A stretch of DNA of 64,000 nt from Paracoccaceae bacterium (GTDB lineage: Bacteria > Pseudomonadota > Alphaproteobacteria > Rhodobacterales > Rhodobacteraceae): positions 123,680 through 187,679 of the forward strand of contig JBJLGF010000034.1 in NCBI GenBank assembly GCA_045564975.1, in the 5' to 3' direction. The first letter of the stretch is position 1. Every line of letters starts with the position of its first letter. The position numbers and the translations under genes are program-made. Of the stretch, positions 11,367 through 21,694 are shown piece after piece. A model generated the notes under the pieces. That model made no database searches and had not been told where the DNA came from. It saw nothing but the letters and a program-made list of their open reading frames with translations.

Positions 11367-14300
11367 TTGAAAGAGAAGATAAAAATATTGAAAAAATTTT
11401 TTAAGAAATTTTTAATATCGAAAACCAACTCGTCCATTTTTCGTTGGACTGCTACAATTATTTTTTCATCATTATTATTTTTTACTGTTGTAACTATTGC
11501 GTTAGTTGCAGTTTTACGTGACCGCGAGGTGCAAATCCCACAGAGATTTGCTAGCAAAATACTATCTGAGGCTAACATTTTATCTTCTCCCTACTTAATT
11601 GAGGCTAGCGGTTTTTACTTATCCTTAGATGCGGGTTTCGTGCCAGAGATAAAAATAAGCGATGTTGATTTGCTATTCCCAGATAAAAAGCCGGTCTTGT
11701 TTTTTAATTCGTTAAAAACAAAATTTTCTTTACTTGATTTTATTTTGGGCAAATTCAGAGTAACCTCAGTAACTTTAGACAGTGTAAATTTTTCTATTAT
11801 TAGAAAAAATAATGGCTCTTTTAATTTGGAATTTGGAACTGAAAATGGGTCTGAGGCTAGCTATTTTGATATAGAAAGAATTTTAGGAAAATTAGATGAA
11901 TTTTTCATTCTCGATGAATTAGAAAAATTTAAAGATTTAAATTTGTTTGAGTTAACCGCACAGTTTGAGGATCAGCGCACAAATAAGAGATACACGATAG
12001 ATGGAGCCAGATTTCGTCTGAACCGAGAGGATCAAGCCCTGGTAATGGGTTTTGATTTAGCTTTCTTATCTGGTGGTGAAGGTGCTTCGACAGTTGAGGG
12101 AAATTTTAAAAGAACTTTGGGTCAGTTGGACGGTGAATTCGGTCTCCTATTTAATGACGTTTACGCGCAAGATATTGCTAATCTTTCCCCAGAGTTTGGA
12201 TGGCTAAGTGTTTTAGAAGCTCCAATTTCTGGTGCTTTGAGAGGATCATTAAACAAAAATGGTGAATTGAATCCCTTGAATGCAACTCTCAAAATGGGTT
12301 CAGGGTTGTTGAAGCCTTCGAGTGATGTCAAAGGGATCGCTTTTAATTTTGATGCGGCTTCCACGTATTTTTCCTATGCTCCAGGAAGCGGTGAGGTCAG
12401 CTTTGATGAAATTTCTATTGATAGTGCAGACTTAAAGGCTACCGCAGATGGTTTCTTAATCATTGAAGACGTGAAGGATCTTCCGGAAACATTTGTTGCA
12501 CAATTAAACTTTACTAACCTCCAAACTGGAGGATTTGGTTTATTGAATAATAGTATTTCTTCAAATTCTGCCAGCACAACGTTTAGGGTGCAACTTAATC
12601 CTTTTGATGTAGAAATTCCTCAACTGTTTATCCATGATCAGAACTCGACAGTAAGTGTGCAAACAAATGGTTCTATTTCAGTAAAAGACAATAATTGGAT
12701 TGTTTCATTAAACACATACAGTAACACAGCAGACCTGGATGATGTCTTTTATTTTTGGCCGGAAAACCATAAACCAAAAGTAAGGAAATGGGTGGCTGAT
12801 CATTTTGAACATAGTAAACTTTTTGATATTTCCATGCAAACGGAGCTGGAAAATGGATTAGCCCCAAAGCTATCGTGGAGTTTTGCATTTTCTGAAGCAA
12901 GCTTTGCTCCTTTGAAGGCTTTTCCCTTGATCGAACAAGCCGCTGGACACTTTGTTTCTAGAGATTATGCAACAACTGTCTTTTTGGAAGAAGGTGTTAT
13001 TTTTGATGATAAAGGTAAAGCTATAGATATTGCTGGAAGTAGCTTTTTTATAAAAGATAGTCGCATTAAACCTAGTCTAGCAAAAATACTGATTAACGCT
13101 GATGGTGCTTTAAGATCCATGTCCAACGTATTGAATCAGCCGCCTTTAAAGTTACTGGACAGAGTGCGGCAACCAGTTAACTTTGGAAATGCACAGATTT
13201 CAGGAAAAGGTCGAGTAGAAGTACTTTTGAAAAGTAATTTAACATCAGATGAAATTACTTATGAAGTTACGGGAACGGCTAAAAAGTTTTCGTCCCATGT
13301 GATTAATCCAGACTTCATTATTTCAAACGGCACCTTAGATTTTTTTGCCAATAAGCAAGGATTAGAAATAAAGGGGAATGCAAAAGTAAAAAATTTAACC
13401 GTTCAAGCAGAGTTTTCAGGCCCCATAGTAAAGGATGATGCTAAATTTTTGGAAATTGATTTTAGTTTATCAGAGAAAGCATTGGAAATGCTACCAGATG
13501 GTTTTTCTGACATTAAAATTTCTGGATCTGCTCCAGCTAAACTGTCCTTAAAATTTCTAGAAAGTAAAAAAGTGAAATTTGAGTTAACCAGCAGTTTAAT
13601 TGGGGTTGAGTTGAGTTACCCTCCAATTGGCTGGGTCAAAGAAATGAAAGATGAGGCTGAGCTAAGAGTTTCTGGGAGTTTAGGAGACGAAGTTGTCATT
13701 GAAGATATTTTTTTAAGTTCGCCTGATTTAGCTTTAGTTGGTTCGGCTTTGCGAAAAAAAGATGAGAAATTTTCGCTCAACTTTGAAAAGCTGGCATTAA
13801 AGGATGTATTTGACCTAAAGTTAATTATAAATAACGACGGTGCTCTTGATATAACTGGAGGTGAACTTAACCTACAAGAATTTTTGAAATTGCCTTTAGT
13901 TACAAGTCCGTCCGAAAAATCAGCTCCATTATCAATTTATTTAGATGAGTTAAAATTATATGAGAAACAGGGTATTACAAGGTTTACTGCAGCCTTGGAT
14001 TCTACTGGGAAAGGAGAATTTTCAGGTAGTTTAAACGACCTTGCTTCTTTTAGTGGAAAATTAGAAAGGGTTAGGAGTGGCTTCAATATGAGGGCAGTTT
14101 CTAATAACGCTGGGTCTTTTATTAGAGCATTAGGAGCTGCAAAAGCTGCTGACGGGGGTACAGCACAATTAAATCTTAGCCATCTAGAAAGTTCTCCAGG
14201 GATGGAAGGGAAATTAAAATTCAAAAATATTCGCCTTCGAAATATGCCTGCTCTGTTAGAACTTTTAGATGCCATCAGCGTTGTTGGGTTGATAGATCAA

Positions 14301-14651
14301 CTTCAAGGTCCTGGATTGGTTTTAAATGAAATTGAAGCTGATTTTATCAATTTGCCAGATCAAATAAAATTTGAACGAGCTTCAGCTTTTGGCCCATCTA
14401 TAGGCATTTCGTTAGAAGGTTATTATGATAAAACCAATAATAATTTAAATATGCAGGGAGTTTTGTCGCCCCTATACGTCGTTAATGCTATTGGATCTAT
14501 TTTTACTAGAAAAGGTGAGGGTCTTCTAGGTTTTAATTATAGATTAAAGGGAAACGCGAGAAAGCCAGAAGTGTTGGTTAATCCACTTTCTATTTTTACC
14601 CCTGCTATTTTCAGGGAAATTTTCCGTCGACCAGTTCCTAATTTGGAATAA
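11367..14651 (+). CDS. AsmA-like/YhdP-family intermembrane bridge protein
   Basis: N-terminal TM, 1094-aa beta-rich body, C-terminal GVLSPLY...RKGEGLLGFNY...VNPLSIFTP; precedes queA. Confidence 0.8.
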   Translation: MKEKIKILKKFFKKFLISKTNSSIFRWTATIIFSSLLFFTVVTIALVAVLRDREVQIPQRFASKILSEANILSSPYLIEASGFYLSLDAGFVPEIKISDVDLLFPDKKPVLFFNSLKTKFSLLDFILGKFRVTSVTLDSVNFSIIRKNNGSFNLEFGTENGSEASYFDIERILGKLDEFFILDELEKFKDLNLFELTAQFEDQRTNKRYTIDGARFRLNREDQALVMGFDLAFLSGGEGASTVEGNFKRTLGQLDGEFGLLFNDVYAQDIANLSPEFGWLSVLEAPISGALRGSLNKNGELNPLNATLKMGSGLLKPSSDVKGIAFNFDAASTYFSYAPGSGEVSFDEISIDSADLKATADGFLIIEDVKDLPETFVAQLNFTNLQTGGFGLLNNSISSNSASTTFRVQLNPFDVEIPQLFIHDQNSTVSVQTNGSISVKDNNWIVSLNTYSNTADLDDVFYFWPENHKPKVRKWVADHFEHSKLFDISMQTELENGLAPKLSWSFAFSEASFAPLKAFPLIEQAAGHFVSRDYATTVFLEEGVIFDDKGKAIDIAGSSFFIKDSRIKPSLAKILINADGALRSMSNVLNQPPLKLLDRVRQPVNFGNAQISGKGRVEVLLKSNLTSDEITYEVTGTAKKFSSHVINPDFIISNGTLDFFANKQGLEIKGNAKVKNLTVQAEFSGPIVKDDAKFLEIDFSLSEKALEMLPDGFSDIKISGSAPAKLSLKFLESKKVKFELTSSLIGVELSYPPIGWVKEMKDEAELRVSGSLGDEVVIEDIFLSSPDLALVGSALRKKDEKFSLNFEKLALKDVFDLKLIINNDGALDITGGELNLQEFLKLPLVTSPSEKSAPLSIYLDELKLYEKQGITRFTAALDSTGKGEFSGSLNDLASFSGKLERVRSGFNMRAVSNNAGSFIRALGAAKAADGGTAQLNLSHLESSPGMEGKLKFKNIRLRNMPALLELLDAISVVGLIDQLQGPGLVLNEIEADFINLPDQIKFERASAFGPSIGISLEGYYDKTNNNLNMQGVLSPLYVVNAIGSIFTRKGEGLLGFNYRLKGNARKPEVLVNPLSIFTPAIFREIFRRPVPNLE

Positions 14652-14654
14652 CCC

Positions 14655-15707
14655 ATGTTTTTGAGTGAATTTGATTTTGATCTTCCAGAAGAATTAGTTG
14701 CAACAAGACCGGCAAGCCCAAGATCTTCGTCCCGGTTGCTAGTAGCGAGGGGAAATAATATTGATGATAGCTTTGTTAATGATCTCCCAAAATTTCTGAA
14801 ATCTGGGGATAGAATAGTTCTTAATGATACAAAAGTAATTCCAGCAAGATTAAGTGGAATTAGAAATAGGTTAATTGAAGACAATAAAACAACATCTGCT
14901 AACATAGAGGTTACGTTGCTCGCTGCAAAAAAGGACCGAATATGGAGCGCATTGGTTAAACCATTGCGAAAGATAAAATTGAGTGAGGAGATTTTTTTTG
15001 ATAAAAATTTTCGAGCTAAACTTGTTGATAAAATTGATGGACAGGCATTGCTTCAATTTAATATCGAAGGCTCAGAATTCTTTGAATATTTGAATAGTTT
15101 AGGTGTGATGCCGCTTCCTCCATATATTGCTTCAAAACGCCAAGCGGATAATAATGATAAACTAGATTACCAAACTGTTTTTGCTCGAAAATTGGGTTCA
15201 GTAGCGGCACCGACCGCATCCTTACACTTTGATAATGCTTTGTTGGATGAAATTAGGGGTATTGGAGTGGAAATTTCGTTTGTAACACTGCATGTTGGGG
15301 CGGGAACATTTTTGCCGGTAAAAGATGAAGAAATTCGAAAGCATAAAATGCATGCTGAGTATGGAGAAATTAGTCAGCAGACAGCCGACGAGATAAATAA
15401 AACAAAAAAAAATGGTGGAAGAATAATACCGGTTGGGACAACTGCGTTAAGATTGTTGGAAAGTGCAGCTCAACCGACTGGAAAATTATGCGAGTGGCAT
15501 GGAGAGACGGATATTTTTATCTACCCAGGTTTTAAATTTAAAGTTGCGGATGGTTTAATGACAAATTTTCACCTGCCAAAATCTACTTTGATTATGCTTG
15601 TTTCGGCTATAATGGGAAAAGAAACTATTGAAACTATCTATAAACACGCCATAACGCGTCGGTATAGGTTTTTTTCTTATGGAGATTCGTCACTCCTGTT
15701 TCCATAG
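14655..15707 (+). CDS. queA: S-adenosylmethionine:tRNA ribosyltransferase-isomerase
   Basis: FDFDLPEELVA, NDTKVIPARL, GSVAAPTASLHF, TNFHLPKSTL, YRFFSYGD. Confidence 0.98.
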   Translation: MFLSEFDFDLPEELVATRPASPRSSSRLLVARGNNIDDSFVNDLPKFLKSGDRIVLNDTKVIPARLSGIRNRLIEDNKTTSANIEVTLLAAKKDRIWSALVKPLRKIKLSEEIFFDKNFRAKLVDKIDGQALLQFNIEGSEFFEYLNSLGVMPLPPYIASKRQADNNDKLDYQTVFARKLGSVAAPTASLHFDNALLDEIRGIGVEISFVTLHVGAGTFLPVKDEEIRKHKMHAEYGEISQQTADEINKTKKNGGRIIPVGTTALRLLESAAQPTGKLCEWHGETDIFIYPGFKFKVADGLMTNFHLPKSTLIMLVSAIMGKETIETIYKHAITRRYRFFSYGDSSLLFP

Positions 15708-15739
15708 AAAAACCATGTTAATTTTTTTGAGGTGTTAAT

Positions 15740-16993
15740 ATGTTGCTCGTAATGCAAGGGTCTTGGGCTCTCTTGTTGGGTATGCTATTCTTGCAGCTTG
15801 GAAATGGCCTTCAGGGCACGCTACTTAGTGTAAGAGGAGAATTAGAAAACTTTTCTACCTTTGAAATGTCACTTGTAATGTCGGCTTATTTTGTGGGTTT
15901 CTTAGGAGCCAGTAGGTTGGTCCCTGAGTTAATACGACGCGTCGGTCATGTTAGAGTCTTTGCAGCTCTGGCCTCGTTTATTTCTGCAGTTTTGATCTTG
16001 TACCCTCTCTTAGTAAATCCTTGGGTCTGGACTGGGGGAAGAGTGATCATCGGTTTTTGCTTTTGTGGCGTTTATATAACGGCCGAAAGTTGGTTGAATA
16101 ATGCTGCAACAAATGAAAACCGAGGTAAGCTTTTATCGTCTTACATGGTTGTACAAATGGCTGGCATTGTAGTGGCACAACTTTTGTTACTCATTGGTGA
16201 TCCGGGTGGATTTGAACTTTTTGTACTAATTTCGGTACTTGTATCAATTTCTTTTGCGCCAATTTTATTATCTATTACTCCCACGCCTGCTTTTGAGGCT
16301 ACTAAACCGATGAGTATCAAGGAGTTGTTTTCTACGTCACCATTAGGTTGTATTGGTATGTTTTTTTTGGGCGGTATATTCTCAGCTCAATTTGGTATGG
16401 CCCCTGTATTTGGAACTAAAGCAGGTTTGTCATTGTCTGAAATTTCATCCTTTGTCGCCGCATTTTATATAGGGGCAATGGTTTTTCAGTTCCCAATTGG
16501 TTGGCTCTCAGATCAGATGGATCGTAGAATATTGATTGTTGTAACGTCAGCAATTGGATTTATTGCGGCCTTATCCGCAATTTTGCTTGAAGGCTCCTTT
16601 TTAATTTTAGTTGGAAGTGCATTTTTTATCGGGGGTATGTCTAATCCTCTGTATTCACTGCTTATAGCGTATACAAATGACTTTCTAGAGCTTGATGATA
16701 TGGCTTCTGCTTCCGGTGGTTTGCTTTTTTTAAATGGTCTGGGTGCTATAAGTGGACCTTTATTCACTGGCTATTTAATGACCAAAATGGGACCTGAGGG
16801 ATTTTTTATAGTTTTAGCTACTTTGTTAGGCTTGCTTACAAGTTATGGTTTCTACAGAATGACACAGCGTGGAATTTCCGATATAGATACATCTAGCTAT
16901 ACAACCGTTCTTCCAACAACTTCTGTTGTTGCTATGGAAATTGCCCAAGAGTTAGCTATTGAAGCGGCTGGAGAAGCTGAAGAAACGGATTAA
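15740..16993 (+). CDS. MFS transporter (YcaD-like)
   Basis: About 12 TM segments; LIRRVGHVRVF, ESWLNN, GWLSDQMDRR. Confidence 0.9.
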   Translation: MLLVMQGSWALLLGMLFLQLGNGLQGTLLSVRGELENFSTFEMSLVMSAYFVGFLGASRLVPELIRRVGHVRVFAALASFISAVLILYPLLVNPWVWTGGRVIIGFCFCGVYITAESWLNNAATNENRGKLLSSYMVVQMAGIVVAQLLLLIGDPGGFELFVLISVLVSISFAPILLSITPTPAFEATKPMSIKELFSTSPLGCIGMFFLGGIFSAQFGMAPVFGTKAGLSLSEISSFVAAFYIGAMVFQFPIGWLSDQMDRRILIVVTSAIGFIAALSAILLEGSFLILVGSAFFIGGMSNPLYSLLIAYTNDFLELDDMASASGGLLFLNGLGAISGPLFTGYLMTKMGPEGFFIVLATLLGLLTSYGFYRMTQRGISDIDTSSYTTVLPTTSVVAMEIAQELAIEAAGEAEETD

Positions 16994-17072
16994 AGTTAGG
17001 CTCCGTTTAAGAAATTGCTTCACAAAAAATGAATCCCATGTCTTAATATACCAAAAAAGCAGGATAACAGGC

Positions 17073-17651
17073 ATGAATCCCGAATTTATTTTAAATTTCT
17101 GGCTCGACGAAGTTGGGCCTGATTGTTGGTTTAGTTCTAATGAGTCTTTAGATGGATTAATTGAGCAAAAATTTAAAGAAACCTTGCAACATATTCTTTC
17201 GGGTGGGCATAGTTTATGGCTAACTTATCCCTCTGGAGCATTGGCTTACATAATAGTTTTGGACCAGTTTTCTAGAAATATTTTCCGGAGGAATAAAGGT
17301 TCTTTTGCTGCTGATAGAATTGCGATAGCAGCTTCTAAGCAGTCAATCAAACATGAGTTTGATTTGAAAATTGATGAACCGGCACGTCAGTTTTTTTATA
17401 TGCCCTTAATGCACTCTGAAAATTTATATGATCAGGAAAGGTGTATACGTCAAATTTTAGAAAAACTCCCATCATCTGGTCATATTTTACTTAAGCATGC
17501 TCGGGCCCACCGTGAATTAATACGGAATTATGGACGTTTTCCAAGTAGAAACAGTCGGTTGGGTCGTTCTAACACCCTGTTTGAGCAAGAATATTTTGAT
17601 CATGGTGGATATCAAGCTGTGCTTTCAAGGTTAAACAATCATGCAGCCTAA
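17073..17651 (+). CDS. DUF924 family protein
   Basis: ILNFWLDE, IIVLDQFSRNIFR, FFYMPLMHSE, YGRFPSRN. Confidence 0.88.
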   Translation: MNPEFILNFWLDEVGPDCWFSSNESLDGLIEQKFKETLQHILSGGHSLWLTYPSGALAYIIVLDQFSRNIFRRNKGSFAADRIAIAASKQSIKHEFDLKIDEPARQFFYMPLMHSENLYDQERCIRQILEKLPSSGHILLKHARAHRELIRNYGRFPSRNSRLGRSNTLFEQEYFDHGGYQAVLSRLNNHAA

Positions 17652-17699
17652 TCTGCAGTATATTTTGCCAAAAGACACATTGAAAAATTAGTTTAAATA

Positions 17700-17713
17700 G
17701 TTTAACGTTAAAC
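17700..17713. promoter_or_regulatory. Perfect 14-bp palindrome GTTTAACGTTAAAC upstream of lpdA (candidate operator)
   Basis: Direct inspection; overlaps a TAGTTTAA direct repeat. Confidence 0.4.
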
Positions 17714-17736
17714 GATATGTTTTTTTGGAGCCAAAG

Positions 17737-19131
17737 ATGTCACAAAATGTTTTTGATGTAATCGTAATTGGTGCTGGTCCAGGGGGCTATGTAGCCGCAA
17801 TTCGGTGTGCGCAGCTTGGTCTCAAGACGGCAATTATTGAACGTGAACATATGGGAGGTATTTGTCTTAATTGGGGCTGCATTCCAACAAAGGCAATGCT
17901 GCGATCTGCTGAAATTTTTCATTTGATGCACAGGGCAAGTGAGTTCGGATTGAGCGCAGAAAAAATATCTTTTGATCTAGATACAGTCATTAAGCGCTCT
18001 CGTGGAATTTCAAAACAACTGAACCAAGGTGTTACTCACCTTTTGAAAAAAAATAAAGTCAAATCGTTTATTGGAGATGCGACTATTTTGGAAAAGGGTA
18101 AAGTTAAATTTGAGAAAAATGATAAATCTGAAGAATTTACGTGCGCAAACATAATTATCGCTTCAGGTGCGCGTGCGAGGGAATTGCCTGGTCTAGAGGC
18201 AGATGGTGAAATTGTTTGGACTTATAAGCATGCTTTGACACCTTCTCGTATGCCTAAAAAGCTTTTGGTTGTTGGGTCAGGTGCGATAGGAATAGAATTT
18301 GCGAGTTTTTATAATACTCTTGGCGCTGATACCACAGTTATCGAAGTGGTTGATCGGATTCTGCCGGCCGAAGATGCGGAAATCGCTGCTTTTGCACTTA
18401 AGCAATTCTCGAAACAAGGAATGAAAATTTTAACTCAGGCTTCAGTGAAGAAAGTAGAGAGAAAGAAAAATTCAGTTCATGTGGAGATTGAAAGTAATGG
18501 CAAAACAAAAACGGAACAATTTGATACAATTATTTCAGCTGTTGGAATTGTTGGAAACATAGAAGGGTTAGGGCTAGAAAATCTTTCAATTGAGACGGAA
18601 AAATCACATATAAAAACCGATAATAATTGTAGTGTTGGTATTGATGGTATTTATGCAATTGGGGATGTTACTGGTGCTCCTTGGTTAGCTCATAAAGCAA
18701 GCCATGAAGGCGTCATGGTGGCCGAAATCATTGCTGGAAAACACACGCATCCTGTTGATCCAAATTCTATTGCCGGTTGTACATACTGCCATCCTCAAAT
18801 AGCAAGTGTTGGATTGACTGAAGAAGAAGCAAATAAAAAGGGTCTTAAAATAAAAATTGGCCGTTTCCCATTTATTGGTAATGGAAAGGCTATTGCCTTG
18901 GGTGAGGAAGAAGGTCTTATTAAGACTATTTTTGATGCTGATACTGGAGAACTGTTGGGCGCGCATATGATAGGTGCGGAAGTTACAGAGCTAATTCAAG
19001 GATATGTTTTGGGCCAAAAACTTGAGACAACTGAGGAAGATTTAATCTCGACAGTCTTTCCTCATCCTACACTTTCAGAAATGATGCATGAAAGTGTATT
19101 GGACGCTTATGATCGGGCAATCCATATTTAA
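17737..19131 (+). CDS. lpdA: Dihydrolipoyl dehydrogenase
   Basis: IGAGPGGYVAA, GGICLNWGCIPTK redox disulfide, PHPTLSE. Confidence 0.96.
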   Translation: MSQNVFDVIVIGAGPGGYVAAIRCAQLGLKTAIIEREHMGGICLNWGCIPTKAMLRSAEIFHLMHRASEFGLSAEKISFDLDTVIKRSRGISKQLNQGVTHLLKKNKVKSFIGDATILEKGKVKFEKNDKSEEFTCANIIIASGARARELPGLEADGEIVWTYKHALTPSRMPKKLLVVGSGAIGIEFASFYNTLGADTTVIEVVDRILPAEDAEIAAFALKQFSKQGMKILTQASVKKVERKKNSVHVEIESNGKTKTEQFDTIISAVGIVGNIEGLGLENLSIETEKSHIKTDNNCSVGIDGIYAIGDVTGAPWLAHKASHEGVMVAEIIAGKHTHPVDPNSIAGCTYCHPQIASVGLTEEEANKKGLKIKIGRFPFIGNGKAIALGEEEGLIKTIFDADTGELLGAHMIGAEVTELIQGYVLGQKLETTEEDLISTVFPHPTLSEMMHESVLDAYDRAIHI

Positions 19132-19174
19132 TAAAATTTTTAGTTAGCGCGTTTCGTTTCAGAGGGTCGATTAA

Positions 19175-20239
19175 TTAACCTCTACGTCTACCTCCACGCC
19201 TCCGAGACCTGCCACCTTCACCAGAGCTGTCCGTTGAGGATCCAGAAGGCTTGTTGAATTTAATCCAAGCTCCGCCATGTGGGTCATTGTTTGTGAGTAA
19301 GTTTGCCGCTCTTATTGCTTCCATTTCTTTCCCTGGACGGGGCTTAGTAGATCCCATGCCAAATATAGAAACAAAGGTTTCATCGTCCATCGTTTCTGGA
19401 ATTATTATACCTGAAGATAACACTTCAGCTTTTTTCTCTGCTATTTTTTTCTGCGTTATAGGTAATGCAACAGGGTTCATTATGGCAGATGTCATACCAG
19501 CACCCATAGCCATAGGTAAAAAAGCATTGTTAATTCCATGGCGATTTGGCAATCCAAACGAAACATTAGAGGCTCCGCAAGTCGTATTTACTCCTAACTC
19601 TTCTCGCAATTTACGAACAAGCGTAAATACTTGCTTACCAGCAGTAGCCATTGCTCCGATGGGCATCACAAGGGGGTCTACGACGATATCGTTAGCAGGT
19701 ATCCCAAAATCAGAAGCGCGCTCCACGATTTTTTTAGCGACTGCAAAGCGAACATCGGGATCTTCTGAAATGCCCGTATCGTCATTACTTATCGCCACAA
19801 CAGGCACGTTATATTTTGCCACTAAAGGCAATACAAATTCCAGCCGGTCCTCTTCGCCGGTCACCGAATTTAGAAGTGGGCGCCCTTGAGCCGTTTCAAG
19901 ACCCATCTCCAACGCTTCAGGAACAGAGCTGTCGATACATAAAGGTACGTCGGTAAGCCCTTGAACCAATTCAATAATTTTTTTCATTAAAGGTGGTTCA
20001 GTCTCATTAGGATTAGGATTTGAATTATAAACCACACCTGCATTAATATCCAATATATTTGCCCCAGCATCGACCTGAGCTATTGCGTCTTTTTCTACTG
20101 TTGTGAAATCACCTGCCTCTAGTTCAGCTGCCAACTTTTTTCTGCCGGTCGGGTTTATTCTTTCCCCTATTACACAAAAAGGGTGGTCAAAACCTAAAAC
20201 AGCAGTTTTAGTTTTTGATTCAACAACAGTTTTTACCAT
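19175..20239 (-). CDS. Methyltetrahydrofolate:cobalamin methyltransferase (stand-alone pterin-binding domain of split methionine synthase)
   Basis: IGERINPTGRKKL, LDINAG, CIDSS, LNSV, DPLVMPIG, GASNVSFGLP. Confidence 0.9.
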   Translation of the reverse strand: MVKTVVESKTKTAVLGFDHPFCVIGERINPTGRKKLAAELEAGDFTTVEKDAIAQVDAGANILDINAGVVYNSNPNPNETEPPLMKKIIELVQGLTDVPLCIDSSVPEALEMGLETAQGRPLLNSVTGEEDRLEFVLPLVAKYNVPVVAISNDDTGISEDPDVRFAVAKKIVERASDFGIPANDIVVDPLVMPIGAMATAGKQVFTLVRKLREELGVNTTCGASNVSFGLPNRHGINNAFLPMAMGAGMTSAIMNPVALPITQKKIAEKKAEVLSSGIIIPETMDDETFVSIFGMGSTKPRPGKEMEAIRAANLLTNNDPHGGAWIKFNKPSGSSTDSSGEGGRSRRRGGRRRG

Positions 20240-20248
20240 TTTTTTTCC

Positions 20249-21175
20249 TTATATTTGATTTACTGGAACACCCGAAGTTCCACAGTTTTCTGTCACCCAC
20301 TTCGCGTTTGTTTTGATCCCACCAAGTGGAAAAAAATGAACACTGGCAATATTAAAATCAGAGTTATGTGCCCTATGATCCGCTAATTGGGATAGAACCT
20401 CGGTTGGTTCGTACGGCAAAAGAAGCTTTGTCACATCTGCTGCTCTTTTTTGTAGAACTTTCAAGGATGGTCCTACTCCGCAAGCTATAGCGAATTTAAT
20501 CAGTGTCTGTAGTTTAGCGGGTCCTGCGATTCCGATATGAATAGGTATATCAATTCCAGCATTTTTAATTGAATTGGCCCATTCAATGATAGGACCAGCT
20601 TCAAAGGCAAATTGAGTGGCTATTGCCATCTTCGCATCAGTTTTATTTTTATAATTTTGTTTCCATTGGAGGGCTGCATCTACGTTTATTGTAGTTCCGT
20701 CCGGATCAATATCTTTATTGCCCTCCGGATGACCTGCAATATGGATATTTTTAAAATTAGTTTTGTCAAATATTCCAGTTTCCAAAAGATCCATAGAACT
20801 TTCATATTCGCCGTGTGGTTTGCTCACACCGCCAGCCAACAATAGGGCTTGGTTCACCCCAGCCTCTCCTTGGTAGCGAGATATCCAATCACTCAGGGTA
20901 GCTTTATCTTTTATTATTCTGGCAGGAAAGTGAGGCATTGTGGGGAAGCCGTCTTCAGCAATTCTTTTTGCAGTTTTTACCATATCGTCAATTGGTGTTC
21001 CTTCGATATGAGCAATATAAACCCTTGTATTTTTGGGTAAAAGATCTCTAAAATTTTCAATTTTTTCTGCCGTCCTCGGCATGACTTCGATGGAAAAATC
21101 ACGCATAAAACGCTCAAGGTTTTCACTCACCTTTGGTTTTTGTGAAGCTTTAGTTTTTAATCCAAAAAGTGCCAT
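20249..21175 (-). CDS. metF: Methylenetetrahydrofolate reductase (MetF-like)
   Basis: SIEVMPR, PHFPAR, IAGHPEGNKD, ATQFAFE, HFFPLGG; adjacent to the methyl-THF methyltransferase. Confidence 0.82.
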   Translation of the reverse strand: MALFGLKTKASQKPKVSENLERFMRDFSIEVMPRTAEKIENFRDLLPKNTRVYIAHIEGTPIDDMVKTAKRIAEDGFPTMPHFPARIIKDKATLSDWISRYQGEAGVNQALLLAGGVSKPHGEYESSMDLLETGIFDKTNFKNIHIAGHPEGNKDIDPDGTTINVDAALQWKQNYKNKTDAKMAIATQFAFEAGPIIEWANSIKNAGIDIPIHIGIAGPAKLQTLIKFAIACGVGPSLKVLQKRAADVTKLLLPYEPTEVLSQLADHRAHNSDFNIASVHFFPLGGIKTNAKWVTENCGTSGVPVNQI

Positions 21176-21193
21176 GTCTATCCTCAATTTCGG

Positions 21194-21493
21194 TTAGCTA
21201 GCTCGACCATTATTGTTTACAAGCAATATTAATTTTTCTTTATCATATTTGTTTTCTAATTTTTCTGCTTGCTCTGTTGCAATGGTCTCGGGGTTGCCCT
21301 CCACTTTGAATGGTTTTGCTTTTCTCCATTCAGCAAGATAGTCATCAGTGGACTTTTGGTCCGACTTCATCGCGGCTCTATCGATAGCTTGTTCAAACCT
21401 TTCTGACAGTTGTATTTTTGTGGCACGACGGCCCTTGCCGACAATAACTTGTGCTGGGATATCCCTCCAGTAAACAATTACAACGTCATGCAT
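21194..21493 (-). CDS. Small 'virulence factor' (CvfA/B/C-like) domain protein
   Basis: VYWRDIPAQV, RFEQAIDRAAM, DDYLAEWRK. Confidence 0.8.
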   Translation of the reverse strand: MHDVVIVYWRDIPAQVIVGKGRRATKIQLSERFEQAIDRAAMKSDQKSTDDYLAEWRKAKPFKVEGNPETIATEQAEKLENKYDKEKLILLVNNNGRAS

Positions 21494-21694
21494 TCAACGA
21501 CTCCCCGACAAAACTCTTTTTTTGGTAAGATAATTAGTTGATTTTAAACGGCTAGATTTCGACAGAAAGCATTGCTGCTGCGACTTTTGACCTGGAGAAG
21601 TGGAATTAAATAAATCTACCGTGAATTAAAGTGTCTTGCACAGTGTCAATCTCCGACGTATCGTTAGATTAACTTATAATGGAGGGCGTAGGCT

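Noticed and set aside
19251-19889. 212-aa antisense ORF, and similar shadow ORFs such as 31599-31940 and 42732-43130
   Set aside because: They lie wholly opposite well-supported genes and show no recognisable motifs.
21194-21493. 'Virulence factor' implying pathogenicity
   Set aside because: The name is historical; the context is folate/methionine metabolism.
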